Of a stretch of DNA of 64,000 bases, positions 52,374 to 63,504 are shown piece after piece. The notes beneath the pieces were generated by a model. That model saw only the letters and a program-made list of their open reading frames with translations, was not told the DNA's origin and ran no database searches. Origin of the DNA: Trichoplax adhaerens (lineage: Eukaryota; Animalia; Placozoa); contig NW_002060976.1 of the NCBI RefSeq assembly GCF_000150275.1, positions 315,626-379,625 on the forward strand, given 5' to 3'. Made by a program: the position numbers and the translations under genes. Every line of letters begins with the position of its first letter. The stretch's first letter is position 1.

Positions 52374-54449
52374 CTGGATTTGCATGCAGCTGTAGCTCGA
52401 CGATACAAGTGTCGAGCACGCGTTATTCGAAGATCAAGATTCGTCTAATATGGATTACTAAGTTATTATGTATTACAAGTATTCTTGGCCAATGTTAGCA
52501 AGTTGAATATCGCACGATACGGATTTTAGATTATCAAGTCACCATGGCTAACCATAATATAATATATCATACTTGTATAGCTGGCCTCCTCCAATTGAAA
52601 CCAATTATTGAGAAAGCTCTTGGCAAGATTTCGTATCAACAAAGACAAAAGTGAGATGATTCTTGCATAATTCTATCATTTGAATTTTATTTTATCACAA
52701 GTTGATTAGAAATGGAAATTTTAAACTTGGCCTTGTTTCGCTGATACAGTATACGGTACTGGCAAAATTTTCTGATGTAATACTCTTTAATGAATGGATA
52801 TTATTAATGTGCATGTATATAACATAGCATACAGTACGTATACATACTCGTACTTATACCGACTGAAAATTGTCTACTTTTATGAATATTTTACCATGTT
52901 CAACTACTGCAGTATTCAACAAATGCTCAATAATGGTTCGTTTTTTATGAGTACGTGTATATCAACCTTTCAAAATTCAGTAAAAGAAACTGCTGATAAT
53001 CCTATATCAAGGCTACGAAATGATAACTGACAGACTAATTACTGTGCCATAGCATGAATTGTGCGTATGCAACATGAGCTGTCTGCCGATTCATCAAATG
53101 AATTAAAGTGATCATATCACAGAGGTGAGATTACGAAGCGCTCGTCTCTACGCATATTTAAAGTCAAAACGATACACTGAGGAGTGGAATGCTATAAATC
53201 ATATCAAATCCTTAACATTTTCCACCTAAAAACGCAGTTTTGGATTTGATTGCAGTACAGGACAGTGTTAACCTTATGCCAACAACTATCTGATCGACCA
53301 ATATTGCGTATTGCAGATTGCATGGATATTACAGTACTGTACTTGTCTAACCCGCAATTCCACCATGCTTTGGCCTCAAGAACCCTAGCTAGTAGCTAAT
53401 GCATATAAAGTTAACTGTTTCAGAATTGTCCTAAAATGGCCACTTGACATCAACAGCTTGTATTAAGAGAGCCTGCTGCGTGTCATAGACTACTTTGAGT
53501 TTCTAGTTCTCTGCTAGTAGTTGTTTCAATAGTCCATGTTTGTCATCATCCAATGACGCCAACCTTGGCGAGTACAGTAAATCATATCAATGTGTAGAAT
53601 TAGCGAGTAATCAGCATGATTCGATTGAATTAGCTACTGTACTGCACAAAGATAGACTAGTAGAAAAAATCATGGTTTCCATCTCGTAGTCCATGGTACA
53701 ATATCCATTTGCGTTGTATAAATATCAATGATAGTTATGCTTAGCCGTGTACACTGTACAGTAGAGACCCTTAGTCTGTAAGGGCATCTACTGTAGTGTA
53801 CAGTAATTCGAGTCAACGTTTACATACAGTAATGTAATTGTATTACAAGCATTCTTTTAAAGTTGACGAGGTGAAAAATATCGACTACCTGAAAGGAAGA
53901 CTTCCTCTCTAGTAGTCCTTGCCTCGACTTGAGTATAGTATGCCTAATCTTGAAAGTGAATAGCGAATACGAGTACTATCTAATGTGATCTTGCATGGTA
54001 CATTACTACCGCTGACTAGCGATGTTGATATGAAGGCCGGCTATTCTTGCTGGCCATTTGATTTTCAACGTTACATCTACATTGTCCATCGTACAATACT
54101 CTACAGAGGCTTCAAATTGGCTGGCAGATTGATTTCGCACAATATGGCGTAAGTTATTGCTGTAGCGTCTAGCAAGATGGCCACAAAATTAGTAGCTCGA
54201 CGGTAAATTGTTGTCAGCTCCGTGTCCTTGTTGAAAGTACAGTAGAGTACAGTACGATCTGAATAATTTCTATAGCACCCTGAAAAAATAAAATAGTGTT
54301 CGTTCAATGAAGCCAAAACTACGGTTATATATTAATATTATACAGGAATTTCAACGGAATACAACTCTGATTTTTGAATAACGAAAGGGTACTATCGAAA
54401 ATAAAATAAAATAAAATAATATAATTAACCCTTGCATGATCAGATGGTG

Positions 54450-55095
54450 CTGTATACTACATTGTACAATATCTGTCCGTCTCTCTCTTTCAGCAGTCCC
54501 GAACTGTACAGTACTGTGCAGTGTACACTGTACACTGTACACTGTAAAGTACAGTACAGTCTGCATCGCGCCGATGCGATGAAGTTTGATCCTGCCACCT
54601 GCGCCGGTGCAGTAAAATTTTCTTCTAGTCCCTGACAGGACGGTACAGACTAGAGACCAGCATATTCGATCCTGCCACCTGCGCCGGTGCAGTAAAGTTT
54701 TCTTGTAGTCCCTACATCACAGCATAGTCCATCCTGCCACTTGCGCCGGTGCAGTAAAGTTTCTTGTCGTCACTACAGCACAGCATATTCGATCCTGCCA
54801 CCTGCGCCGGTGCAGTGAAGTTTCTTGTAGTCGCTGACAGGACAGTACTGTAGTCTGTGTGTTGTGAAGTTTCTTGTACAGTGTACAGTACATTTTGGAA
54901 GTATGGACTGTACTGCACTGGAATCGATGCAAGTGTGCGCGTCGCTATCACATACTTTTCTATTGCCTCGAACGCCTGTTTCAGCACATATACTATAATC
55001 TTCCTCAACGCGATTGCGCAGTTTTTTTTTACGGTACTCTACTTGACTGTGGTCTGAGCCTGACGAAACAGTACGACATTTTTTCCTTAGGCAAT
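54450..55095 (+). promoter_or_regulatory. Putative ATP5PD promoter / 5' leader with TACAG islands
   Basis: ctgtacagtactgtgcagtgtacactgtacactgtacactgtaaagtacagtacagt at ~54504-54560 and tgtacagtgtacagtaca at ~54875-54892. Pyrimidine tract plus AG (ttttccttag, 55090) just before the ATG suggests a 5'-UTR intron. Confidence 0.55.
54588..54880. repeat. GC-rich palindromic minisatellite, 4 copies of a ~42-bp core
   Basis: Core (g/c)atcctgccac(c/t)tgcgccggtgcagt(a/g)aa...tttctt.t.gtc at 54588, 54668, 54730 and 54791 (periods 80, 62, 61) plus a partial copy near 54864. Confidence 0.92.
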
Positions 55096-56644
55096 ATGGC
55101 GTCTAAAGCACGACGAGTTTTTGACTGGGCTAAGATAGCCGAAAATTTACCTACTGCGATCCGAGCGGAAATGAATGCTTTTCGATCACGCAATGAAAGC
55201 ATCAAAGCAACGTATGTACAGAGAAATAATTCGTTTTGAAAGTGAATAGACACCATGCGTGCCATCATCATGTTTCTTCACCTCTAGTTGAAAAATGGTT
55301 GACTAGCGTGCTTGCTTTCAAACCCAGTGTTCTCTTCAGGATAATCTTTTCTATTAAAAGTACTCGTTTGAAATAGGATAATAATGTTGATTGCGTTTAT
55401 TAAGAAGAAATAGTATCTTTTGATGAGTCATTAGGATGAGATGGCATGATATTGGCTTAAGACAGTAGTCATATTGGGTGCTTTGAAACCTCCATTAACA
55501 TGGCCGGTATTACTTGAATCTATTTGTTAACAGGCTATCTGCAGTACCAGAAAAGCGCCAAAATATCGATTGGCAACACTACAAGAATAATATTGCCGCT
55601 TCTGGTTATGTAGAAAAGTTCATGAAAGGGGTAAATGCGCTATCAATAATAACCAAATCACTACTCTAACATCCAATTGTCATTCATTTTGCGATCGCAT
55701 GACACTCTCCACTAGCTTACCAGACAATTTTGTAATGAAATAGTTGGTTGTCTATTTTCAATGCGAACAACATCATCACATACTATATGTACAGCACTAT
55801 AGAATTCAATCAACATTCGGCTTATTCATTCATCATCTTTCTATTATAGTACGAAGCTGTACAAGTTCCTTTTCCTAAAGATACTGATACTGCTAGAATT
55901 GACGCTATGCAGAAGCAAATGGTAGGACAGGATCGATACTGCACAAATTATTACTGTTGTCAAGAGGCCTAATAGCTTAGTCAACCAATGGCAATCATAA
56001 CTGTGTAATTAGTGACTAGTGGATCTTTTTTGAATCAGGTGTAATACTCCTTTTTATGTGTAATAGGAAAGTGAAATTGAAGGAATCGTTAAAGAATCAA
56101 AGCAAGCTGCACTCAGATTAGATAGTGAGGTAATGTATCAGTGGATAGGATATGCTAGCATGTGATAGCTCGATAATAGCAGTATTAATAAAAGTTTCTT
56201 GGGCATCTCATCACGCTTGCAATCAAGAAACGGTAGAGAATTACTTGCATCATTGGAGCGATTGCAGATTTGATGCGTAGCAACGTAATTTCAGATTGTA
56301 ATCCCTCACGATCGAGTAATCTATATTTTATATCTTTACTTACAGTTGTCCAAGATCAAGGCTGAAAAGTCATATGAAGAAACTACGGTTAGTTATAAAT
56401 TAAACTTAAAACTATTATACCAGATAATAGGATGCTACAGATGAAACATTTACATAATGATGCCTTGCCATGATTTTATTTTACAATATTCAAATTATAC
56501 TGCAACATGTTGATAAATAAATATAATGTTATAAACACATTTTTACTCGTCTTTACGCAATTATAGATTGATGAATACCTCGCAAATCATCCACAGTTAA
56601 GGAGGCAGTGTGAAGAAGATTTAAAAAATTTCAAATATGATTAA
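55096..56644 (+). CDS. ATP5PD: Mitochondrial ATP synthase peripheral stalk subunit d, 6 coding exons
   Basis: Exons 55096-55211, 55534-55630, 55850-55921, 56067-56129, 56346-56387, 56567-56644, all GT-AG and in phase: MASKARRVFDWAKIAE...AFRSRNE...LSAVPEKRQNIDWQHYKNNI...VEKF..YEAVQVPFPKD...YEETTIDEYLANHP. Confidence 0.95.
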
Positions 56645-56923
56645 ATCGATTGATAACTAGCTGGCTTCGCTTCAAATGTTTTTGTGTATTGAGAATTTAT
56701 AACTTAGGCAACTTTTTAAATGGAATATCGAGGACGCTTCATCTATTTGAATAACTAAATAAAATAAAATAATTGCATAACATCGTAACAGAGGATACAT
56801 TTCTACGAAAAGCAGTTCTTAATATCTTCACTGTTTCACTAACACCGTCAGATAGCGCTGACGGATTACAATTAAAAAAGAGATTATCATCCTGTATATA
56901 CGGGCTTTACATTTGATCTGGTT

Positions 56924-57955
56924 TCAGACGAAATTTTTAATTTTTATAACTTGATTTAGTCGACTGCAGCAATGATAGAGTAAATTGCGTAATGCCAATT
57001 CAAATCCTGGAATTGCACTAGCATATAACAATGGATTCAAACTACATCTACTGATGCCAATTAGCTGACAAATTAGAAATTGACTTTGATACTTTAGATA
57101 GCATGAATCATGATATAAGCGTGGATTGAAATGTACAATTAAGTAATAAATACGCCCTGGTGAAGACATGACAAAAAATACAATCACAAGAATTAGCAGC
57201 TTTCTGATCAATTTTTTTTGTGCTTCAGCAAAAGTAGTGTAAGTTATGGATTTCTTAATGATAATTCGGCTTTGAAGATTACGCATTATTTTGGAATATA
57301 TGGTAACTACCACAATAAGAGGCAGGACATATATCATTACATATCGAGTTACAAAATAAATTTGCGCCAATTCTATGGAAAAAAAGGGTTGATTATTACT
57401 ATCGAAGTGTAAAAAACATATTGATGACATTTTGCAAGTCCTATTTCGTATTTTCATAAGTTGAATAGTTCTATGCGCAAATACAGTATACGTTATAACA
57501 GGAGAAGAATAACCCAACGCTACCAGAAGTATAAATACTAATATTAGACATTTACGCCGCTCTTTTGAATTTGGATTGACATTTTTTAACAGAACCCAAT
57601 AGCGATCAAGTGCAATCATCACCATTGTGACCGCAGTGCCAGTATTGAGTAAGATAGGGAAGCTACTGCAAAAGTAGCATAAAGGTCGACCAGATAACAT
57701 AGGGGTTAATGATGCGGTCAATTCAATTGGCCAAGAAAATAAAAGCAATAAAATATCGTACAGTGCCAGGTTACCGATTAAACGGTAGACAAGATCTGAG
57801 GTTCCATATTTCCTCTTCTTGATGATGATCAATAAAACAGTGATATTTCCTATTAAACCTGTAAAGAATATGATTGCTGCAGAAACAATTATTGATACAT
57901 TTAATGCAGATTTACTATCGGGACAGGTTGATGTTACGGGCATCTCGGTATTCAT
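56924..57955 (-). CDS. Intronless class A, peptide-receptor-like GPCR, right-cluster member 1 (~343 aa)
   Basis: TM1 GLIGN, TM2 NLALYD, TM3 LC..DRY, TM5 YVLP, TM7 NPLLY. The track start is TTG; first ATG at 57955. Confidence 0.93.
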   Translation of the reverse strand: MNTEMPVTSTCPDSKSALNVSIIVSAAIIFFTGLIGNITVLLIIIKKRKYGTSDLVYRLIGNLALYDILLLLFSWPIELTASLTPMLSGRPLCYFCSSFPILLNTGTAVTMVMIALDRYWVLLKNVNPNSKERRKCLILVFILLVALGYSSPVITYTVFAHRTIQLMKIRNRTCKMSSICFLHFDSNNQPFFSIELAQIYFVTRYVMIYVLPLIVVVTIYSKIMRNLQSRIIIKKSITYTTFAEAQKKLIRKLLILVIVFFVMSSPGRIYYLIVHFNPRLYHDSCYLKYQSQFLICQLIGISRCSLNPLLYASAIPGFELALRNLLYHCCSRLNQVIKIKNFV

Positions 57956-60230
57956 TTTTTCCAATGTTTGTAGTAGATTACTCGATCTGTGTTGCTTGGA
58001 TTAACTCCTTTATACTTTATTATCCATGAAGTACAACTTACCAGTACCTTCTATAATTGTCTACTATAACAATGATGGATGATGTTGAGCAAGGGTTGAT
58101 TTTATGGGCAGGTGCAGCTGTAGTTATTAATTTACGATCAATCAGGGTTTTATATATTCTAAAATTAAGCTAGTGAATAACAATTAATCCATACTTGTAC
58201 GATCCTTATTGTTATTTATAGAATTGCTAAAGGAACCAGCTAATTGACGTCCTAACTAGAAATTTTATGCCCTATTCTGCAATGGTAATTAATGCTTAAA
58301 TTAATTATTGTAAGGGGTTAATTAATAGAAGAAAGTCAAGCCGCTGGTATCATATTCAACTAATTGAAATAAAATATGATCGAAATTATCATTGCTGAGA
58401 ACCGATAATAATATATAATTAATTAGAATACTCGTATCATCGACAATTAAAATTACGCGTATTTAAGTCAACTGGGAAGACTATGGCTTCTACTTGTTTT
58501 TGCTACTTTTCAAGATGGTACTCATACAATAATTGTATTACTGTACAATAACGATGCATTAACAGTATCAATAAAAATAAAACTTTCCATCGAAAATAAA
58601 AGACCTATTGTGATTAAACCTATGCTTATAAATAAATATATTTACCGTAATCATTACAAAGCACTAAATGCGTTCAACTTTGACCAATTCTATTAGTTTC
58701 TAAGTAACTTATTTATCACAATAGAAGAATACTAAAAAGGTTCAAAGAAGAGAGTTCAAAGGGAAATTCACGTCAAGTACTTTTCCTTTGCAAATAATAA
58801 TCATAGAGCTGAATAATCGAATCTCCAAAGTACACGCTAATCAGTCGAATGCACGCATACTTAAAGAAAATTAGACACTTTCCTATGGTCTATCAATTAA
58901 CGTTGAAATTTTATCATAGTTATAAAGTTAAGAATAGACAACCAAAAAGATTTTCCCATAAATTTTAAAGGTCGTTATTACGTATAAATATTTCGAGAAC
59001 GATATCATAACTCATCAACAGAAACAACAAAATGAGTCACAGATGTATTATAAGGTTATTAGAGGCTACTTAAGTCAAAGAAATAGATATCCCTAACTAG
59101 GATAATTATAATTATAATAGATAATGCTTGTTTAGTATATAATAAAAAGGCACTAATCTTAGCTGCATCCCTTTTCTGCAGTAATGTGGACGTCAGTAAT
59201 CGATACTTTTATTCCGCCTTTGACTTTATCATTTAATCAGCACTGGTAATATACGGAAAAGTAGCTCAATGGGCTATTTCATCATCGCCTAAAGGAGACA
59301 TGTCACAGAGGCTATCGTATCTGTACATGATTTAAACACATTTACTATTTAAAAATATCTATGATTCTACAGTAAATTCACTTATATGCAAAACAAATGG
59401 TTATAAAAATTGTTTGATAATTATTCGGTAATTATTTTGAACAGAATTTTGTTTATTACTTCGATTGAGGAATAAGAAAATTGTAAGGGTAAGCCGTATG
59501 GAATTAATTATGAGTTCAATCAATCTTTAGATTACTGTATATTTGATAGATATAATAACCAAAAGATACCTTTTACTCGTACTGAATAAGTGAAGCAATT
59601 CCAGTTATTTAGACATTTAATGTTTTCTTGTTGAAACCAACTAAGCCACTTGCTGATAACTAATTAGAGAATAGAAACAGATTACTTTATTGAGCCAATA
59701 TAATGCTATATTACAGGCGATAAAGACACTTACGTTGATATCTGAACCAGAAATAATGTGATATTAATTAAAATTACATAATACTGCTATTAATTTATAC
59801 TACAACATTGCACTGCCACAATCAAATAACGAGATTAGTGGCATGTATTTAATACTAAGAAAGAATAGCAGAGGATAACAAATTTTACATAAATTGCTTA
59901 GAAAAATAAATAGAATAGAAATATAACATGTCTGGACCAAAAGATAACATCTTATGTGGTATTAAATTAAATTTATTAATACGCTCTATTGGACAATTTC
60001 TAAAATGAGGATATTTTTTAAAGTAGGACATTCAGCATATCATAACATGCTTTACGACATCTTTTTAGCCTTATAATTTAGCGTAAAGACCTACATTACT
60101 TCAATAGATTATTTAATGGCAACTAGATATGACTATTTCTTCAGTAGCTTAAGAAGAAGTACAGCGGCTTAACTGAAAGTAAACTCTGCCATGGAAACAA
60201 TTCAATTCGGCTAAATAAGAGTAGGTAAAA

Positions 60231-61391
60231 TTAAACTGTACTTACTAAATTGATCTCTAAATGTAAGTCAGCCTTAGCAGGGGATTCTTCTACCTTATTA
60301 GCTAAATGAGTTAGCTTTAATTTCGTACAAGGCTCAACAATTTGATCATTTCTATTTTTAATACCAAAATAAAGGCATTTTGGCTTATAATCCCAGCCAT
60401 ACATAGCAATCATCACCTGTCTACATTCTGGAATAGAAGCTGAGTATATAAAAGGATTGACAGCACTTCTGCTAATCAACAATAATTGGCATATTAGGAA
60501 TAGAAATGAATTAATTGCATGTGTCTGGATATTAAAAAAAGATGGACTATTTATCATAACATAATAATAAATATGTTCTGGAGTCAAGGAAAGAAAATAT
60601 ATGACGATTAATATTGAAGGCAATTTAATCAATTTACGGTCTTCCTCAATGTTATATCCAATTGTGGTATTATCTTTCGTAGGCAATAATTCACCTGTTT
60701 TGAAAGTACTTAATTTATACATCAATATCACAATCGAAAGAGGGATAACGCATAAGATATTGTATCTTAATAGAAAATAAATTTGCCACGGAGCTGAAGT
60801 TGAATAATTATGACTGCCATATTCGATCCAGCACTTAGCATTTACTTTAAACTTTGATGATCCCAACATGAGAGCGCTTGTTTTGTCTTCTGAGGTAAAT
60901 GCTATGTCTGGACAAGCGAGAGCTAAAGCTAAAATAAAAATAACTCCTAGCTTGGAAATGTTACGCCAACATGAAGAATTTGATTTCGCTGAATTTATAG
61001 CCACATGATAGCGATCAAAAGCCATCCAAATTATCGTTAAGGCAGCCTGAGCACTAAATAGAATTGGAAAGCTATTGCTAATGTAGCATAAAATAGTGCC
61101 AAAAGGCCAAGAGAGAGCAAATTTGACCAGTTGTATGGGCCAGTAAAATAAAAGTAGGCATATATCACACAAGGCCAGATTTCCAATAAAGTAGTAAACG
61201 GAATCTCTCATTTTGGTTTTTCTGTGTTTAATAACGAGGAATAACGTGATCATATTCCCTATCAACCCAAAGACTATAATGAAAAGAGGAAAGACATACA
61301 CTATCCATTGCATTACAATTGACCAGCCATGATAACCTTGTAAACTAGGCCATAAATGATCATTTTGATAAGCATGATAGTAATTAATCAT
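60231..61391 (-). CDS. Intronless class A, peptide-receptor-like GPCR, right-cluster member 2 (386 aa)
   Basis: GLIGN, NLALCD, ECL1 WPFG..LC, DRY, NPFIY; shares the S(A)IP after TM7 with member 1. Confidence 0.94.
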   Translation of the reverse strand: MINYYHAYQNDHLWPSLQGYHGWSIVMQWIVYVFPLFIIVFGLIGNMITLFLVIKHRKTKMRDSVYYFIGNLALCDICLLLFYWPIQLVKFALSWPFGTILCYISNSFPILFSAQAALTIIWMAFDRYHVAINSAKSNSSCWRNISKLGVIFILALALACPDIAFTSEDKTSALMLGSSKFKVNAKCWIEYGSHNYSTSAPWQIYFLLRYNILCVIPLSIVILMYKLSTFKTGELLPTKDNTTIGYNIEEDRKLIKLPSILIVIYFLSLTPEHIYYYVMINSPSFFNIQTHAINSFLFLICQLLLISRSAVNPFIYSASIPECRQVMIAMYGWDYKPKCLYFGIKNRNDQIVEPCTKLKLTHLANKVEESPAKADLHLEINLVSTV

Positions 61392-61614
61392 ACTGATAAT
61401 GGATTTGTAAAGAGCCTTTATGAAAGAGTATCAAATTAAAATTGATCGACGAAAAAGAAAGATTCCAATAAAAACGGAGCTATAACCGTTAGTTTCTTAT
61501 CTTTATATTTGTGCTGTCGATAAGATATCACTATAACTTGACTACTTGAAAATAAAATAATCCTAGAAATTCATAAACATTGATATACTAGCATTCATTT
61601 CTAAGCGTAAATGG

Positions 61615-61926
61615 GCGTTTAGCTCTCATTGTAAGTAAGAAGATCAATTATATCCATTCTCATTGTAAGCAAGAAAATCAACTATATCAATTCTCTATTT
61701 ATTGTCTGTTCACCAAAAGAAACCAATTCCTGCTCTATATATCGTATAAGATGCTTTGATACATAGCTAAAAGAGACGTTTTAGCCCTCATTGAGAGCAA
61801 GAAGATCAGTTACATCCATTCTCATTGCAAGCAAGATCGGTTATATCCATTCTTTATTTATTGTCTGTTCACCAAAATAAAACCAACTTTTGCTTTGTAC
61901 GTCATATAGGATACTTTGATAAATAG
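61615..61926. repeat. Two-level tandem repeat: two ~160-bp units, each containing two ~34-bp subunits
   Basis: ctcattg...aag..gatc..tta.atccatt appears four times; tatttattgtctgttcaccaaaa appears twice. Confidence 0.85.
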
Positions 61927-63504
61927 AACAAATATAGAAAGTAAAAAATGGTTGACTTTAATTTAAAGACAATAATACCAACAATTATCTGACAACTAAT
62001 TGTAATCAATTCCTGAGGAAGTAGGAAACTTCTATGCAACAATAAATTGCCTCTTAAATTACCCTACTAAGCTGTCTTGCATTTCATGATGGTATTAATG
62101 CTAGAGATATGAAAGTTTTAAATCTATAGTCATTTACTGTAAATGATTAGGCGTGATCAGGGAACAAAGATCTTAGTAGTGCCAACCATTTACAGAACCT
62201 ATCTTTAATTTCAGTTTAAAGATTCTATCAATTCTTTTTTCTTGACCTATACAGGCATGTACACCTGCTAATATGCTCATTTCTTCTTGTTCAGAACTTA
62301 ACCTTCCTCGTAAAATTCTTTACATCAATAAACTAAACTTTATTCATTGCAGCTGCTACAGTAAATAAAGAGTATATATGATTCATCGTAAGCAGTTTCT
62401 TACGTAATGCCAAGACAATCATTTATTGCAGTTCGACTTTTTCTACAAGACACGTACTATAATACATGACAAATACGATGTAGAACATTGCTCATACTTT
62501 AGCAAGGATATAGGTAGATAAAATAGCCACAAAACCAAATACAACTTCTATACACTTATAATTACAAATATTCGCTATAGCTTCCTTAGACTTTCATGTA
62601 ATCTTCCATTAACGTTTTTCTTCCTTGAAAGTATACCGCTTAGAAAGTAAGCTATCACTAAATGATTTTTAAATTTTGCTATTATTCCATACCTCATGAT
62701 CTATTTTTTTATCATCTGTTTTGAAATCTCTAGTACATTTCATGCTCAGACTTTATGATTATTTTTTTCGATTGTCGAATATTGCTAGCAAACGGCTTCG
62801 CAAAATAAGTATACACAATCTACGTAAGTACCGAATTGAACTAGACATGTAGTCAATGAAGTAAACCATAACTAATTTAGCCAATGTTACCAACTAATCC
62901 ACTTTCAGTCCAGGCTGAATTTATAATACACATCAAGGACTTTTCGTTGCTGTTATAAAAACTCATCAACGCGGCCTTACTTACCAATTTTACTAATTTT
63001 TATTTTATTCATATTGACGCATTCATGATAAACTTATATGATCATACCATTGACCAATTCTAATTACGGGTAATAGTAAAACATCGAAGATAAGGAAATA
63101 TGTAATAATCTGATTAAAATACGCTAGAACCTTCAACTTGAGATAAATTTACGCAAAGTCCTGTATAAAGTATACGAGTGTGCTGCTATTTTGTCGTAGA
63201 AGATTTACTATTCTGCTTTGTATATCACATTCATCACCTGAGTAGTGTTAACAAAAGTACTTTGAAATAGTCCGCAAAGGCAACTTAGTCTTGCTCTCCT
63301 ATATTGCAGTTAGTTACGTATGTACAGACAGATTCTCGAATCTAGTGGATATTATACTCCGTTACTCATATTTAACCATCTTTAATCTACTACTTCACAT
63401 ACCAGTTACATAATATAGTAAGGATAGAATACTACAACCATGAATTGGAGAAATCGCCCTATCCTAAGTTAGATTTCATTATCGGTTGAATACCTTGAAC
63501 TTAG

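Noticed and set aside
54588-54880. CRISPR-like appearance (palindromic repeats with spacers)
   Set aside because: The linkers are related to each other and unequal in length, no cas genes are present, and the context is spliced animal genes. Treated as a minisatellite.
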